From the IMG/VR virus record IMGVR_UViG_3300028591_000075, positions 160,001-224,000 of that record: a stretch of DNA of 64,000 nt; one strand, 5' to 3'. Both the position numbers and the translations under genes were made by a program. Source of the DNA: a virus. Taxonomy: Duplodnaviria; Caudoviricetes. Below, one piece after another: positions 18,837-28,800 of the stretch (the stretch's first letter is position 1; every line of letters starts with the position of its first letter). The notes below the pieces were generated by a model. It saw only the letters and a program-made list of their open reading frames with translations. It was not told where the DNA came from and ran no database searches.

Positions 18837-21800
18837 AGGTCAAAAAACAGCGAATAGTCGACACTCCGACAACAGCTACCAAGATGGACTTCGTCGGTTC
18901 CAACTTCATTCTCTTGGATGGTGATGAAGGAAGCAAGAAGGTACCCATGGACCTTCTGGCTGACCGCATGATATATGTGGAACCGGAAGGTACGGTCGAA
19001 GGCGATACCATGACGGTAACTTTGGCCGACTATACTTATAGCAAGTTCGCTGTTCCGGGAACGGTAGCCGAACTCGTCCTGGTAATGGAACACATCGATT
19101 CCGAGGTGAATGCACCGGTGGCCGAAGCCGCGTTCGAGTTCACGCTGCCTGAGATTTCGGCGCTGGAAAAGGTGACTGTTCAGGAGCCGGAAGGTGTCAC
19201 CTGTACTGAGTTCAGCCCCATGGATTGGCCGGGAACATGTACCTACCAGGGAACGGTGACCAACGGTATAGCTACCATAATCGGATATACCGGTGAAACC
19301 GAAGATCCGTTGAACCCATTGGGTCTTCCTGATAGGACCATTCGCGTAAAGTTCAATACGACAGAACCTACTATTGACGAACGATGGGACGCTTCTTTGG
19401 TGGAAAGTTCCGGTGGAACGAGCGTCTGGGATATCACGTATGACTCGGATGATTGGGAATATCTCCTTAGAAACAGGAGTGACCTGATAGCAGTGTTAGG
19501 GGCAAACACGTCGACCGTCACCAACATGAAATGTCTATTCCAGGGTAGCAGCAACCTCTCATCGATTGCATTGTTTGATACATCCAATGTGGAAAACATG
19601 TGTGCCGCGTTCCAGAACACGAAAATCTCATCGTTTGATGGATTTGATCTTTCTAGCGTGACGAACATGGCATATGCATTTTCGTATTGTTCCGAGCTCG
19701 TATCGTTTAATGTGAAGAATACGCCTAATCTTCGAGTAGCCAAGGCAATGTTCACATACTGTCCCAAGCTCACGGAAGTGTTCATTGACACGAGTAAGGT
19801 GAGCGATCTTGAATATATGTTCCAGTCATGTACTAGCTTGGTGTCTGGACCGGATATCGATACATCGTCATGTACATCCATGAAACAGATGTTTGATGGA
19901 TGCACCAGTCTTACTAGTATTCCAGCCTACGATACATCTAATGTGACGAACATGTATGGGATGTTGTGGAATTGTTCCAGTTTAACCACAGTACCCGAGT
20001 TCAATACAGCGAAAGCGACAAACATGGAATACATGTTCAGCGACTGTTCAAGTCTTATTGATGCGCCAGTAATGGATACATCCAATGTGAATAACATGAA
20101 GTACATGTTCCAGGATTGCACTGCATTGAAAACTGTTCCGGCGTATGATACTACGTCCTTAGCGGAATGCACAAGCATGTTCAATAATGCTGGTATTGAA
20201 TCCACACCGGAGATGGACTTCCAGAATATCAAGGACCTTTCCGGGTTGTTCCAAGGTTGTACCTCACTCAAGACCATCAGCGACATGACGTTCAAGAAGA
20301 CAGTTAATGTCAACTACATGTTCAGTGGTTGTAAAAATGTTGAAAGTGGTGCATTGGAAGTATATTCTACGATGCTTACCAATACCAAGCTAGTAAATCA
20401 CATTGATACGTTCAAAGACTGCGGGTTGGATACTGAAAGCGGGCATTCCGATTTGGAAGATATTATGGCATCATATGGTGGCCTTCTTGATATTGCACCC
20501 AATACACTGAGATGCAAGTTTGCAGCAGGAACTGAACCAGCATCCTACTACTCGGCTACAATGACCTGCGTTGATGCCGAACAAAATATATGGGATATGA
20601 CACGCGATAGTGTTTCATTAACCAGTTTCATGTATGGTATAACAAATTTAATAGAAGTCATAGGCGGTAATTTGCCCGACGTAACGTCGTTATCGTATAC
20701 ATTCTGTGACTGTTCGAACCTTCAAAAAGTGGGTAAACTCCGCACGGGTAAACAATTATACGCTACTCAGCGTATGTTTGCCGGGTGTTCTAATTTAACA
20801 TCAGTATCATGGTTTGATACCTCAACTGTTACTAATATGGAGGGTATGTTCTTACTGTGTCATGTTCTGCCATCCATTCCCAACCTTGATATGTCGAAGG
20901 CAACTACTACGGGAGGTATGTTTTGGCATTGCTACGAGTTAAATGAGAATCTACCGGAATTCAATTTGGAAAATGCCACAGACGTTAGTTACATGTTTAA
21001 CCACTGTACCTCGTTGGAATCGGTGTCATTAAAAAATTGTGGGCAGGTAGTTAATGCGGAAGGTCTGTTCTGTGCTTGCTACGAAATACGTGATATATCA
21101 GCAGAAAACTTGCATCCGGTAAACGCACTCAAGATGTTTAGTGAATGCTCTAGCTTGGCAGAATTGCCTGATATAGATTTTACTGATTGCACCAATGCAA
21201 CAGAAACTTTCTGTGGATGTACCGCTTTAACGGAGGCTTCTCTAGTTCTTACTTCGGTACAGAACATGCAATCTATGTTTAAGGATTGCACTTCGTTAAC
21301 AAGTGTGTCACTAACCGGAACGAGCAGTACAACCAACATGCGTACAGCGTTTGCTAATTGTACGTCTTTGGTCGAAGTACCGGAATTGACCACTGATGCG
21401 GTAACGGATGTAACAAGCATATTCAGTGGGTGTCGCAGTGTTGAAAGCGGAGCGTTAGCCTTGTATCAGCAACTTTCTACACAGGCCAATCCGCCTACCG
21501 CGTACTATGGTGCGTTCTCTAATTGCGGAATAGATACGGAAACCGGTGCAGCTGATTTGGAGCAGATACCTGTTCTTTGGGGCGGAAATGGTGGAGAATA
21601 CACCGAATTGGTGAACCTTAGGGACGTAGATGATACCATACGACTTAACCGAAATATTGGAACGGTGACCATTCTAGTGGACGGCAATCCAATTCTGACA
21701 AATTCCACGACAAGCCATTATATCTTTGCTGTACCGGCAAATGGCACGGTGCGTATAATTGGGGCCAAGTATAATGATCCGTATGGTGGTAATAATACGG

Positions 21801-23281
21801 GTGACAGTTTCACCAACGCTCCGGGAATCATACAGCAAAATGGCGATGCAACGGATTCAAGTTTTAGACTGACAAAATTGGATCCGAATGTTCTGTATAA
21901 GCCAAATTATGCGCCTAACTTATTCTTCAGTAGTCCAATATCGGAAATTGCTTCACTTGATATGATTAACTATGAGAATATAGTTGGCATTTTTGGTTCA
22001 TCTTATGGTCCGTCTAATCTTACATCGTTGCCGAGAGTTGGTACACTAAACAAGGTAAAATATGCAAACAACGCATTCCAGTATACCACCAAGATACAGG
22101 GAAAACCATTTGACTCATTTACCGTATTTTCTGTATTGGAATCTGCCCGCTCAATGTTCGCAAGATCTAGCATAGAAGAATTACCTGATTCATTTGATGG
22201 TTTGCAAACGCTGAAATACGCAACGGACATGTTTTCGATGACTAACATTCGTTCTATACCATCATTTGCGGGCCTAGAAAATGTTGAACAGGTTTATTCT
22301 ATGTTTGCAAACTGTAAGAATTTGACGACGGTCAACGCTTCGTTCAAGGATTTGGGCAAGAATAAGACAAATATCCAGGCTTATTCTTTCTTATCTACTT
22401 GTCCAAAGTTGACACATTTTACCATTGATGATGATTTTATGGAATTCTTGAATCGAACGACCGGCAACATTCAAGACTTCTGGTCTTCTTGTGTAAACCT
22501 GGACAATGCGTATGATATTTATCAGGCACTTACAGTCAAATATGGTGTCAACGGAAACTCCAATACCAGGGATTCACTTTCTCGTTGTATAGGCGATAGT
22601 CGGTATAGCCAGATACCAGCTGGTTATGCCTTACAGCCGACAGCATATTATGTTCAGGCGACGTATAAATTTAATGGAGTAGATGACACGTTCAATCCGT
22701 ATTATTGCTATTCAAATTCAGCTACGAAAGGACTGTGGGAGCATGTAGGCACGAATACCTGGACATACACCGATTATACGACGAGTGCGAATGATAGCAC
22801 ATATGGCTATAAGCCATACTTACCGTATGATTATAGCTTTGATCTAACGGACTATCCTAATCTGTCGTATAAGATCGAGAACATTACCGGAAATCTATAT
22901 GTCCCGGCGGGCTCCTGGAACCTGAGATCATTGTGTGAAGAAATATCTGACAGTGCATGCGATTATATCTACACATATTACTCTCACTTCAACAACGGTC
23001 CGAGTGCAATGTCATTCAGTGGAAATAAGAAATTGAAAAAAATACCGAATATTCGGTACCGTCCGGAAATCATACATGGATACCGCAGCGGTTCCGAATA
23101 CCATATCGGCTGTGATTACATGTTCCAAAATTGCGAAAATGTGGAATCCGGCATAACCGAAATGTACAATTATCTGAAAGATGCCGGATTTAGGACGCAT
23201 AGCCGTTGCTTCTATAATTGTGGAACAAACACAGTTTCTGGCGCAGCGGAGCTTGAAGATGTTTCATATGACTGGAAATAG
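18827..23281 (+). CDS. BspA/DUF285-type leucine-rich-repeat protein (putative receptor-binding virion protein), 1484 aa
   Basis: Many ~23-aa repeats 'DTSNVTNMxxMFxxCxSLxxxP', organised as four LRR blocks each closed by a 'CxNVESG...CGxDTxxGxxxLExI' cap. Confidence 0.85.
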   Translation: MAVKVKKQRIVDTPTTATKMDFVGSNFILLDGDEGSKKVPMDLLADRMIYVEPEGTVEGDTMTVTLADYTYSKFAVPGTVAELVLVMEHIDSEVNAPVAEAAFEFTLPEISALEKVTVQEPEGVTCTEFSPMDWPGTCTYQGTVTNGIATIIGYTGETEDPLNPLGLPDRTIRVKFNTTEPTIDERWDASLVESSGGTSVWDITYDSDDWEYLLRNRSDLIAVLGANTSTVTNMKCLFQGSSNLSSIALFDTSNVENMCAAFQNTKISSFDGFDLSSVTNMAYAFSYCSELVSFNVKNTPNLRVAKAMFTYCPKLTEVFIDTSKVSDLEYMFQSCTSLVSGPDIDTSSCTSMKQMFDGCTSLTSIPAYDTSNVTNMYGMLWNCSSLTTVPEFNTAKATNMEYMFSDCSSLIDAPVMDTSNVNNMKYMFQDCTALKTVPAYDTTSLAECTSMFNNAGIESTPEMDFQNIKDLSGLFQGCTSLKTISDMTFKKTVNVNYMFSGCKNVESGALEVYSTMLTNTKLVNHIDTFKDCGLDTESGHSDLEDIMASYGGLLDIAPNTLRCKFAAGTEPASYYSATMTCVDAEQNIWDMTRDSVSLTSFMYGITNLIEVIGGNLPDVTSLSYTFCDCSNLQKVGKLRTGKQLYATQRMFAGCSNLTSVSWFDTSTVTNMEGMFLLCHVLPSIPNLDMSKATTTGGMFWHCYELNENLPEFNLENATDVSYMFNHCTSLESVSLKNCGQVVNAEGLFCACYEIRDISAENLHPVNALKMFSECSSLAELPDIDFTDCTNATETFCGCTALTEASLVLTSVQNMQSMFKDCTSLTSVSLTGTSSTTNMRTAFANCTSLVEVPELTTDAVTDVTSIFSGCRSVESGALALYQQLSTQANPPTAYYGAFSNCGIDTETGAADLEQIPVLWGGNGGEYTELVNLRDVDDTIRLNRNIGTVTILVDGNPILTNSTTSHYIFAVPANGTVRIIGAKYNDPYGGNNTGDSFTNAPGIIQQNGDATDSSFRLTKLDPNVLYKPNYAPNLFFSSPISEIASLDMINYENIVGIFGSSYGPSNLTSLPRVGTLNKVKYANNAFQYTTKIQGKPFDSFTVFSVLESARSMFARSSIEELPDSFDGLQTLKYATDMFSMTNIRSIPSFAGLENVEQVYSMFANCKNLTTVNASFKDLGKNKTNIQAYSFLSTCPKLTHFTIDDDFMEFLNRTTGNIQDFWSSCVNLDNAYDIYQALTVKYGVNGNSNTRDSLSRCIGDSRYSQIPAGYALQPTAYYVQATYKFNGVDDTFNPYYCYSNSATKGLWEHVGTNTWTYTDYTTSANDSTYGYKPYLPYDYSFDLTDYPNLSYKIENITGNLYVPAGSWNLRSLCEEISDSACDYIYTYYSHFNNGPSAMSFSGNKKLKKIPNIRYRPEIIHGYRSGSEYHIGCDYMFQNCENVESGITEMYNYLKDAGFRTHSRCFYNCGTNTVSGAAELEDVSYDWK

Positions 23282-23308
23282 GCCGGTCCATGAATTGCAT
23301 CATTTCAC

Positions 23309-23335
23309 AAGGAGCGGGTTGAACCCGCTCCTTTT
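23309..23335 (+). terminator. Intrinsic terminator
   Basis: Perfect inverted repeat AAGGAGCGGGTT-g-AACCCGCTCCTT followed by TT, after the 9197-23281 operon. Confidence 0.8.
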
Positions 23336-23397
23336 ATGTATACTGTATAAGCATGTCAAATGATATAGTTTTGCGGTAACTTAGGAACCCGGTTGCC

Positions 23398-25203
23398 ATG
23401 CGACTACATTTCGTACTCTTAACCAAATGCTACGATGCGTTTGACCTGAAATACTGGTTCGCATACCACCATGCGCGGTTTCCAGCCGCGTCCTTCCACG
23501 TATTCGACAACGATTCCCTGGTCGATGTTCGTCTGGCGATGGGTGACATGCCGTACCATTATACCCACATCTCCGGATTCCCGGACCAGAAGCGCCTGTA
23601 TTCTGATATAATGAACGGCAAATATGGTTCCTTATTCGAGGATGGGGATGCGGTGGCGTTCATCGACGATGACGAGTACCTGTACGTGAGGGATGCCAAT
23701 TCGGGAAAGTTCGTGTTGCCCCTGGAATCGTTGATATCCGAATGTTTCGGGCAGTACGACAGTCTCTGCATTCCCCATATCAACATGTCCAGCCAGGAAC
23801 TCGCCGGAGACCGGGACACCCGGATACCCATGCCGGAAAATTTCACCTATCGCCGAAACGACGGGGCGACAACGGTAAAGTGCATCGTAAAGTATTGCCA
23901 GGGAAAGACATACACATGGAAACGGACTGCAACTGACGGTGCCGGGCACGTACCGTACGTGAACGGCAGGCGCAATGCCGCAGTGTTTACAGGCTGGTTC
24001 CCGAAGGATGCTTCCGGGAACATCGTACCCGACCGAATCGAGACCCTGAGCTTCCCGTTGCATGATTCCATAGCCGCGGTCGACTATTCCAGCAACGTCA
24101 GGCTGTACCATTACCACATCAAGAGCCGGTGGGACTGGGACCAGAAGATAGCACGCGGATCATGTTCCAGCGTGGTCCCCTGGTATGCCGACGAGATAGA
24201 GAAGAACATATTCTACGGAAATTATGACATACCCGACGGCGACATGAAGGCCGAATACTTGCGGGTGGCCGGTAAGGGGGATACCGTGACCGGAAGCCGG
24301 GAGCATGACCGGTGGTACGACATTCACGAGAATGACACGGTGACAAGGAAGCACAACTTCACCGATACCGGCAAGGTCACCTACGAAACCATACGGTTTG
24401 CCGCCACGTTTGACGAGAAGATAGCGCTGGGCAAGAAGTGGATATCGGAAAATGCCCCGCACATATCGCTTGATGAACCCAAGAATATATGCGACTGGAT
24501 AAATTTTTACAAGTTTAACGACCTGAATCCGCAAAAGGTCGCCTGGACCGACAAGTGCGCGGTCTACAAGGAGCTGTATGACCTTGGACTTGAAAACCTG
24601 CGCATGCCCGTGATGTACGAGCGATACAAGCCGAGCGATGTCGATATCGTCGAAGCGCTGCGGATGTGCCGAAATAATGACTGTATATTGAAATGCAACC
24701 ACGGTTCGGGTTTCAACATCAGGTTCAAGGCTGGGGATTCTATAAACGAGGAGTACCTGGCGAAGAAAATACGCGGGTGGCTTGACACCAACTATGCCTA
24801 CGTGGCCGGATACGAGTGGCAATACGAACCCATAGTGCCGGCGATCCTGGTGCAGCCGACTGTATCGGCGGCCACGCCGGTGGATTACCAGTTTTTCTGC
24901 CTGGATGGAGAGGTGGTTGCCGTGGAACTGCAGCGCAAGGTAAGCAAGGTGCTCATAACACACATCGCGTTCGTCGATACGGACGGGAACGACCTTGACT
25001 GGTATATCGGTGGGACCCCATTGCAGCGTAATTTGTCCACTGAACAGCGAAATGCCATGGAACACATGCTCCCGGCTGTACGCGAAATATCTAAACTATT
25101 TAAGTTCGTCCGGGTTGACATGCTGTGGACCGGTCACAGGGGTTATTTCTGCGAGACGACATTCTGCCCCTGTTCAGGGGTGCTGGACTACGTCAAAAGG
25201 TAA
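23398..25203 (+). CDS. Fusion of a GT2/GT92-like glycosyltransferase and a TupA-like ATP-grasp ligase
   Basis: N-half: 'LKYWFAYH...VFDNDS...AFIDDDEYL...KCIV...LYHYHIKSRWDWDQKIARG' (Glyco_tranf_2_4/GT92-like). C-half: 'ILKCNHGSG', 'EWQYEPIVPAILVQ', 'DYQFFCLDG', 'FVRVDM...YFCETTFCPCSG' (ATPgrasp_TupA). Confidence 0.85.
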   Translation: MRLHFVLLTKCYDAFDLKYWFAYHHARFPAASFHVFDNDSLVDVRLAMGDMPYHYTHISGFPDQKRLYSDIMNGKYGSLFEDGDAVAFIDDDEYLYVRDANSGKFVLPLESLISECFGQYDSLCIPHINMSSQELAGDRDTRIPMPENFTYRRNDGATTVKCIVKYCQGKTYTWKRTATDGAGHVPYVNGRRNAAVFTGWFPKDASGNIVPDRIETLSFPLHDSIAAVDYSSNVRLYHYHIKSRWDWDQKIARGSCSSVVPWYADEIEKNIFYGNYDIPDGDMKAEYLRVAGKGDTVTGSREHDRWYDIHENDTVTRKHNFTDTGKVTYETIRFAATFDEKIALGKKWISENAPHISLDEPKNICDWINFYKFNDLNPQKVAWTDKCAVYKELYDLGLENLRMPVMYERYKPSDVDIVEALRMCRNNDCILKCNHGSGFNIRFKAGDSINEEYLAKKIRGWLDTNYAYVAGYEWQYEPIVPAILVQPTVSAATPVDYQFFCLDGEVVAVELQRKVSKVLITHIAFVDTDGNDLDWYIGGTPLQRNLSTEQRNAMEHMLPAVREISKLFKFVRVDMLWTGHRGYFCETTFCPCSGVLDYVKR

Positions 25204-25229
25204 TTAAAAGTTTACAAGAGGTGAAAACT

Positions 25230-25772
25230 ATGAATGAACAGATTCTCAAAGTAAGTGACCAGATTCTTACCGGTCGCGACATCATCATGCTCTTCGAGTG
25301 GTGCGCCAGCCGTCTCGACAAGGAATGCAGCGATTCCGTCGTCGGCATCCTGACCCTGAGCAACGTCATGCTCATGGACGGAACGTACAAGGAGCTCACC
25401 GGAAAACTGTATGACGAGCGCAGGGACCCGAAATGGTCCGATTGGTTGCGTGCCGAGCAGGGCATTGCCGAAAAATACGGCGACCGCGACAACAACGGAA
25501 ACGTCAAGCGCGATTCCATGGGCAGGGTGATGATCAATGAGCAGATGCTCGAAGCCACCAAGGAACTTGATGCGCTGAAAGCCGGGGAGTTCAAGGAACT
25601 GTGGGACGCCATCGAGGCCGGGCACAAGAAGAACGAAGAGCTCCTGGACGCGACCTATCCGGTGAAAGTCTGCGGCACATCGGACTGGGATATCAAGATT
25701 GCCGGGGCTACCCCGCACATTTTTGGCATCCTGCTGCATGATAGGTTGCTGGAATTGACCAATCCACAGTAA
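25230..25772 (+). CDS. Helical protein, DUF1617-like (distant relative of 7457)
   Basis: Start reassigned to ATG 25230 after a GAGGTG RBS; 'IAEKYGDRDNNGNV...ELLDATYPVKV' pattern. Confidence 0.55.
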   Translation: MNEQILKVSDQILTGRDIIMLFEWCASRLDKECSDSVVGILTLSNVMLMDGTYKELTGKLYDERRDPKWSDWLRAEQGIAEKYGDRDNNGNVKRDSMGRVMINEQMLEATKELDALKAGEFKELWDAIEAGHKKNEELLDATYPVKVCGTSDWDIKIAGATPHIFGILLHDRLLELTNPQ

Positions 25773-25797
25773 TTGTGTGAGTTCAGCCGTATTCATT

Positions 25798-25826
25798 CCG
25801 GCTGTCGGCTTTGTCCCGGCAGCCGG
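25798..25826 (+). terminator. GC-rich hairpin, probable terminator
   Basis: CCGGCTGTCGG-7nt-CCGGCAGCCGG followed by the AT-rich TTAATT. Confidence 0.55.
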
Positions 25827-25833
25827 TTAATTA

Positions 25834-25841
25834 TATAAACT
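25834..25841 (+). promoter_or_regulatory. TATAAACT putative late promoter
   Basis: Recurrent motif directly before the 2025-aa fibre gene. Confidence 0.55.
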
Positions 25842-25844
25842 GCT

Positions 25845-28800
25845 GTGAAAATGGCAATACTGGTTAGCGCAATGGACAATAAAACGATTATTGGTTATGA
25901 AATCCTCGCCAAAAGGGCTATTGAAACCGAGAGCGGAATAAACATAGATGACGCGCTTAGCCGGATAACTGCATTCCGGGTTGTCCGAGGTGAAGGTGAA
26001 GACCATCATCCGTCTTCCGATGTCACCGTTTCTACGAAGATTCTCTACTATACGAAGACCGACAAGGGATATATCGCATGGATTTGGGTAGACGGCGAAG
26101 GATGGGTATCTGCCGGTGGAGTATCCAATGAGTCCTGGAAGGCATGGTCCGAAGAACATGGCAGTTCTGCCGCCAACGAAGATTCCGTGTATATCGGTGA
26201 AAATCTGACTGCGGAGGGAGAGTTTCCATCCTATCAGTTTGGCCACGATAACGTCGTAGATGGAGAAGTGCCGGAATTTGTCGAGCCGCAGGAGATTGTC
26301 TCCATGAATATCGGTGCCATGAACACCGTTCATGGCGAAGGTATCAATATCGGTAAGAAGAACACTACCGATACATTCGGTATCACGATCGGACAGAGAA
26401 ACGTTTCCCATGGTGCCGGTATTGCCATCGGTGAGGACTTGACTGTCGACAACGGTTCGATCGGCATTGGAAAGCGGATGCGCCTTGAATCCGGTTCTTA
26501 TGCAATAGGATCCAATCCTACCGATTTTCGCGTTGGCTATGGCAGCCACCTGTTTGGTTCGAATAACTCTGGACTTTTAGACAATGGCTCATATCTATTC
26601 GGTGGTCAAAATAACCTACAGTCAACGTATGGTTCCATCATTGCTGGCCTGTCAAACCAGATATTATACAGTTCCGCCGGTGGCATCAGTATATTTGGGT
26701 GCCATAACATAATCGGTAATGGGGACTATCCATCCGGTTCTGTTGCGCTGGGTAATTATCATGATATCAAAGGATCGTCCTCGGTATCACTGGGGATTGC
26801 CGCCGGTTCAAAGAACTGCTCCATAGCCATATCCGCAAAGGGTACGAATTCTGAATTGGGTTCGTTTGCCGACACTGGGTCTATCGCTATCGGTAATCGT
26901 GGCGTATACGCATATTATGGTTCGGCCTCCATGGGTACTGACGGCGTAGCCGCCCATGATCACTCGGTTTCTATAGGAAATGGCGGTGTACATACCTACA
27001 ATTATAGCTTTGCCTTCGGAACGAGGGTAACTGCGCATTCATACTCCATGGCTCTTGGCATGGACGGCTGCTATGCATTCGAACAATCGATTTCAGTTGG
27101 TAGAAGTGGTTCCACTGCCTTAGACCGCTCTATGGTATTCGGGCGAGATGGCGTATTTGGCTTCTATAGAGGTATTGTTGTTGGCCATACCGGAGCTTCG
27201 GCAATGTACCATGCTCTGGCCATAGGTATAGAGAACGTAAAGGGTAAATACAATTCGGTGGCGGTTGGCCGTGCTGGCGTATATGCAACGGAGGGGTCAG
27301 TATCGGTCGGTAATGGTGGATATGCCAGAGCTGGCAGTATGTCACTTCTCAATGTACCGAATGCAGGTTCGTTCTCATACAAGACCGAAGCATGGAATTC
27401 CCTGGAAAAGCTGGCACTATTCTTGTTTAGAAGCAAGGATGGGACACAAGGCTACGTGGATGTGAAACTTACCGGTGTCCAATTTAATTCTGGAACGTAC
27501 ACAGTAACAAGTACAGGCAACCAGTATAGCGAGACAAGATATCTACCATTTAACTCCCTAGGGGTCGCCATCCGTGGTCACATTGATGAACATGGGAATA
27601 TTGTACCTTTCTACATACCGATGACTACGGAAATGGAATCGGTAACTATACCCGATGGCTGGGTGAATGTATCTTGGGGAGATACCTACAATGATACCGT
27701 CAGCGTTGATACTAACGTAACTCCAGATAAGGTAGGGTTTGGTGCAATAAATGGTTCTCTCGTTATGGGAAATGGGGTAACCCTCGCCAGCGGCGGTTCG
27801 GTTGCAATTTCTAAGCGCAAGTCTACGGAAGGATATTTCCAGTACAGTGTTTCCAATGTAGCTAATAATGCTATTTCGATATTAGTAAGAACGGGGACGA
27901 CATCAGATAATTCTTATACTCCGATATCCAGATTTTCGGCATCTGCTACGAATTCGTCGATTGCATTTGGTACAGGAGTTAAGGCAAATGATGAATCGAC
28001 TGTCATAGGTCTCGACTCGTATGCTAATCGTGGTAGCCTGGCTATTGGGTATGGTCTGTGGAATCCGGGTACGCCGGTTGGTACAGCTATCGATGATTCG
28101 CTCCTGATATCAACTGTGGGTTATCCAAGTGATGGAGTGAAAACACGAGGTAGTTCCTGGGGAACATCGATAGCGATAGGAAACGGCCCTGTTGCCACAA
28201 GTGCTTCACAGAGTATAGGAATCTGCACAAAGGCCGAATCCAAATCAGTTTCTATCGGTTATTACAGTAGGTCATCCAACGAATCTATCGCCATCGGTGA
28301 CGACAATGAAACCGGTCTGAACGCATTTGCCATCGGTACGAAGAACCTGTCTTACGGTTGGTCCATGCTGTTCGGTGTAGATAACAAGACTCCGCGTGAA
28401 CGTGGCGCCCATGCTACACTCATTGGCTACAACAACACGTCTACCAGCAACATCGAGAAGCTGGAAAAGGAATATGATGTATGGACCAGTGAACCATATG
28501 TAATCACGGATGCAGACCGTAGCACTATGGATGGCTACGCTAATACTATTACCGGCATCGTGGGACAATACCTAGGTTCATCCGCTGGAACTACGCTGTC
28601 CAACTACTTGAGTGCATACAAATCATACTATTACGGCAATGGTACTGCGCCGGCATACACGTCGGAAATAGAAACAATATTCAATAGCTTGATTACGAAT
28701 CCCGTGTTCATAATGACCGAGGAAGACAAAGCCGCCTACCTGGATGTATATTACAGGGAGGATCCGACCTATACATACTCATGGGAATTTGTTAAGGGTG

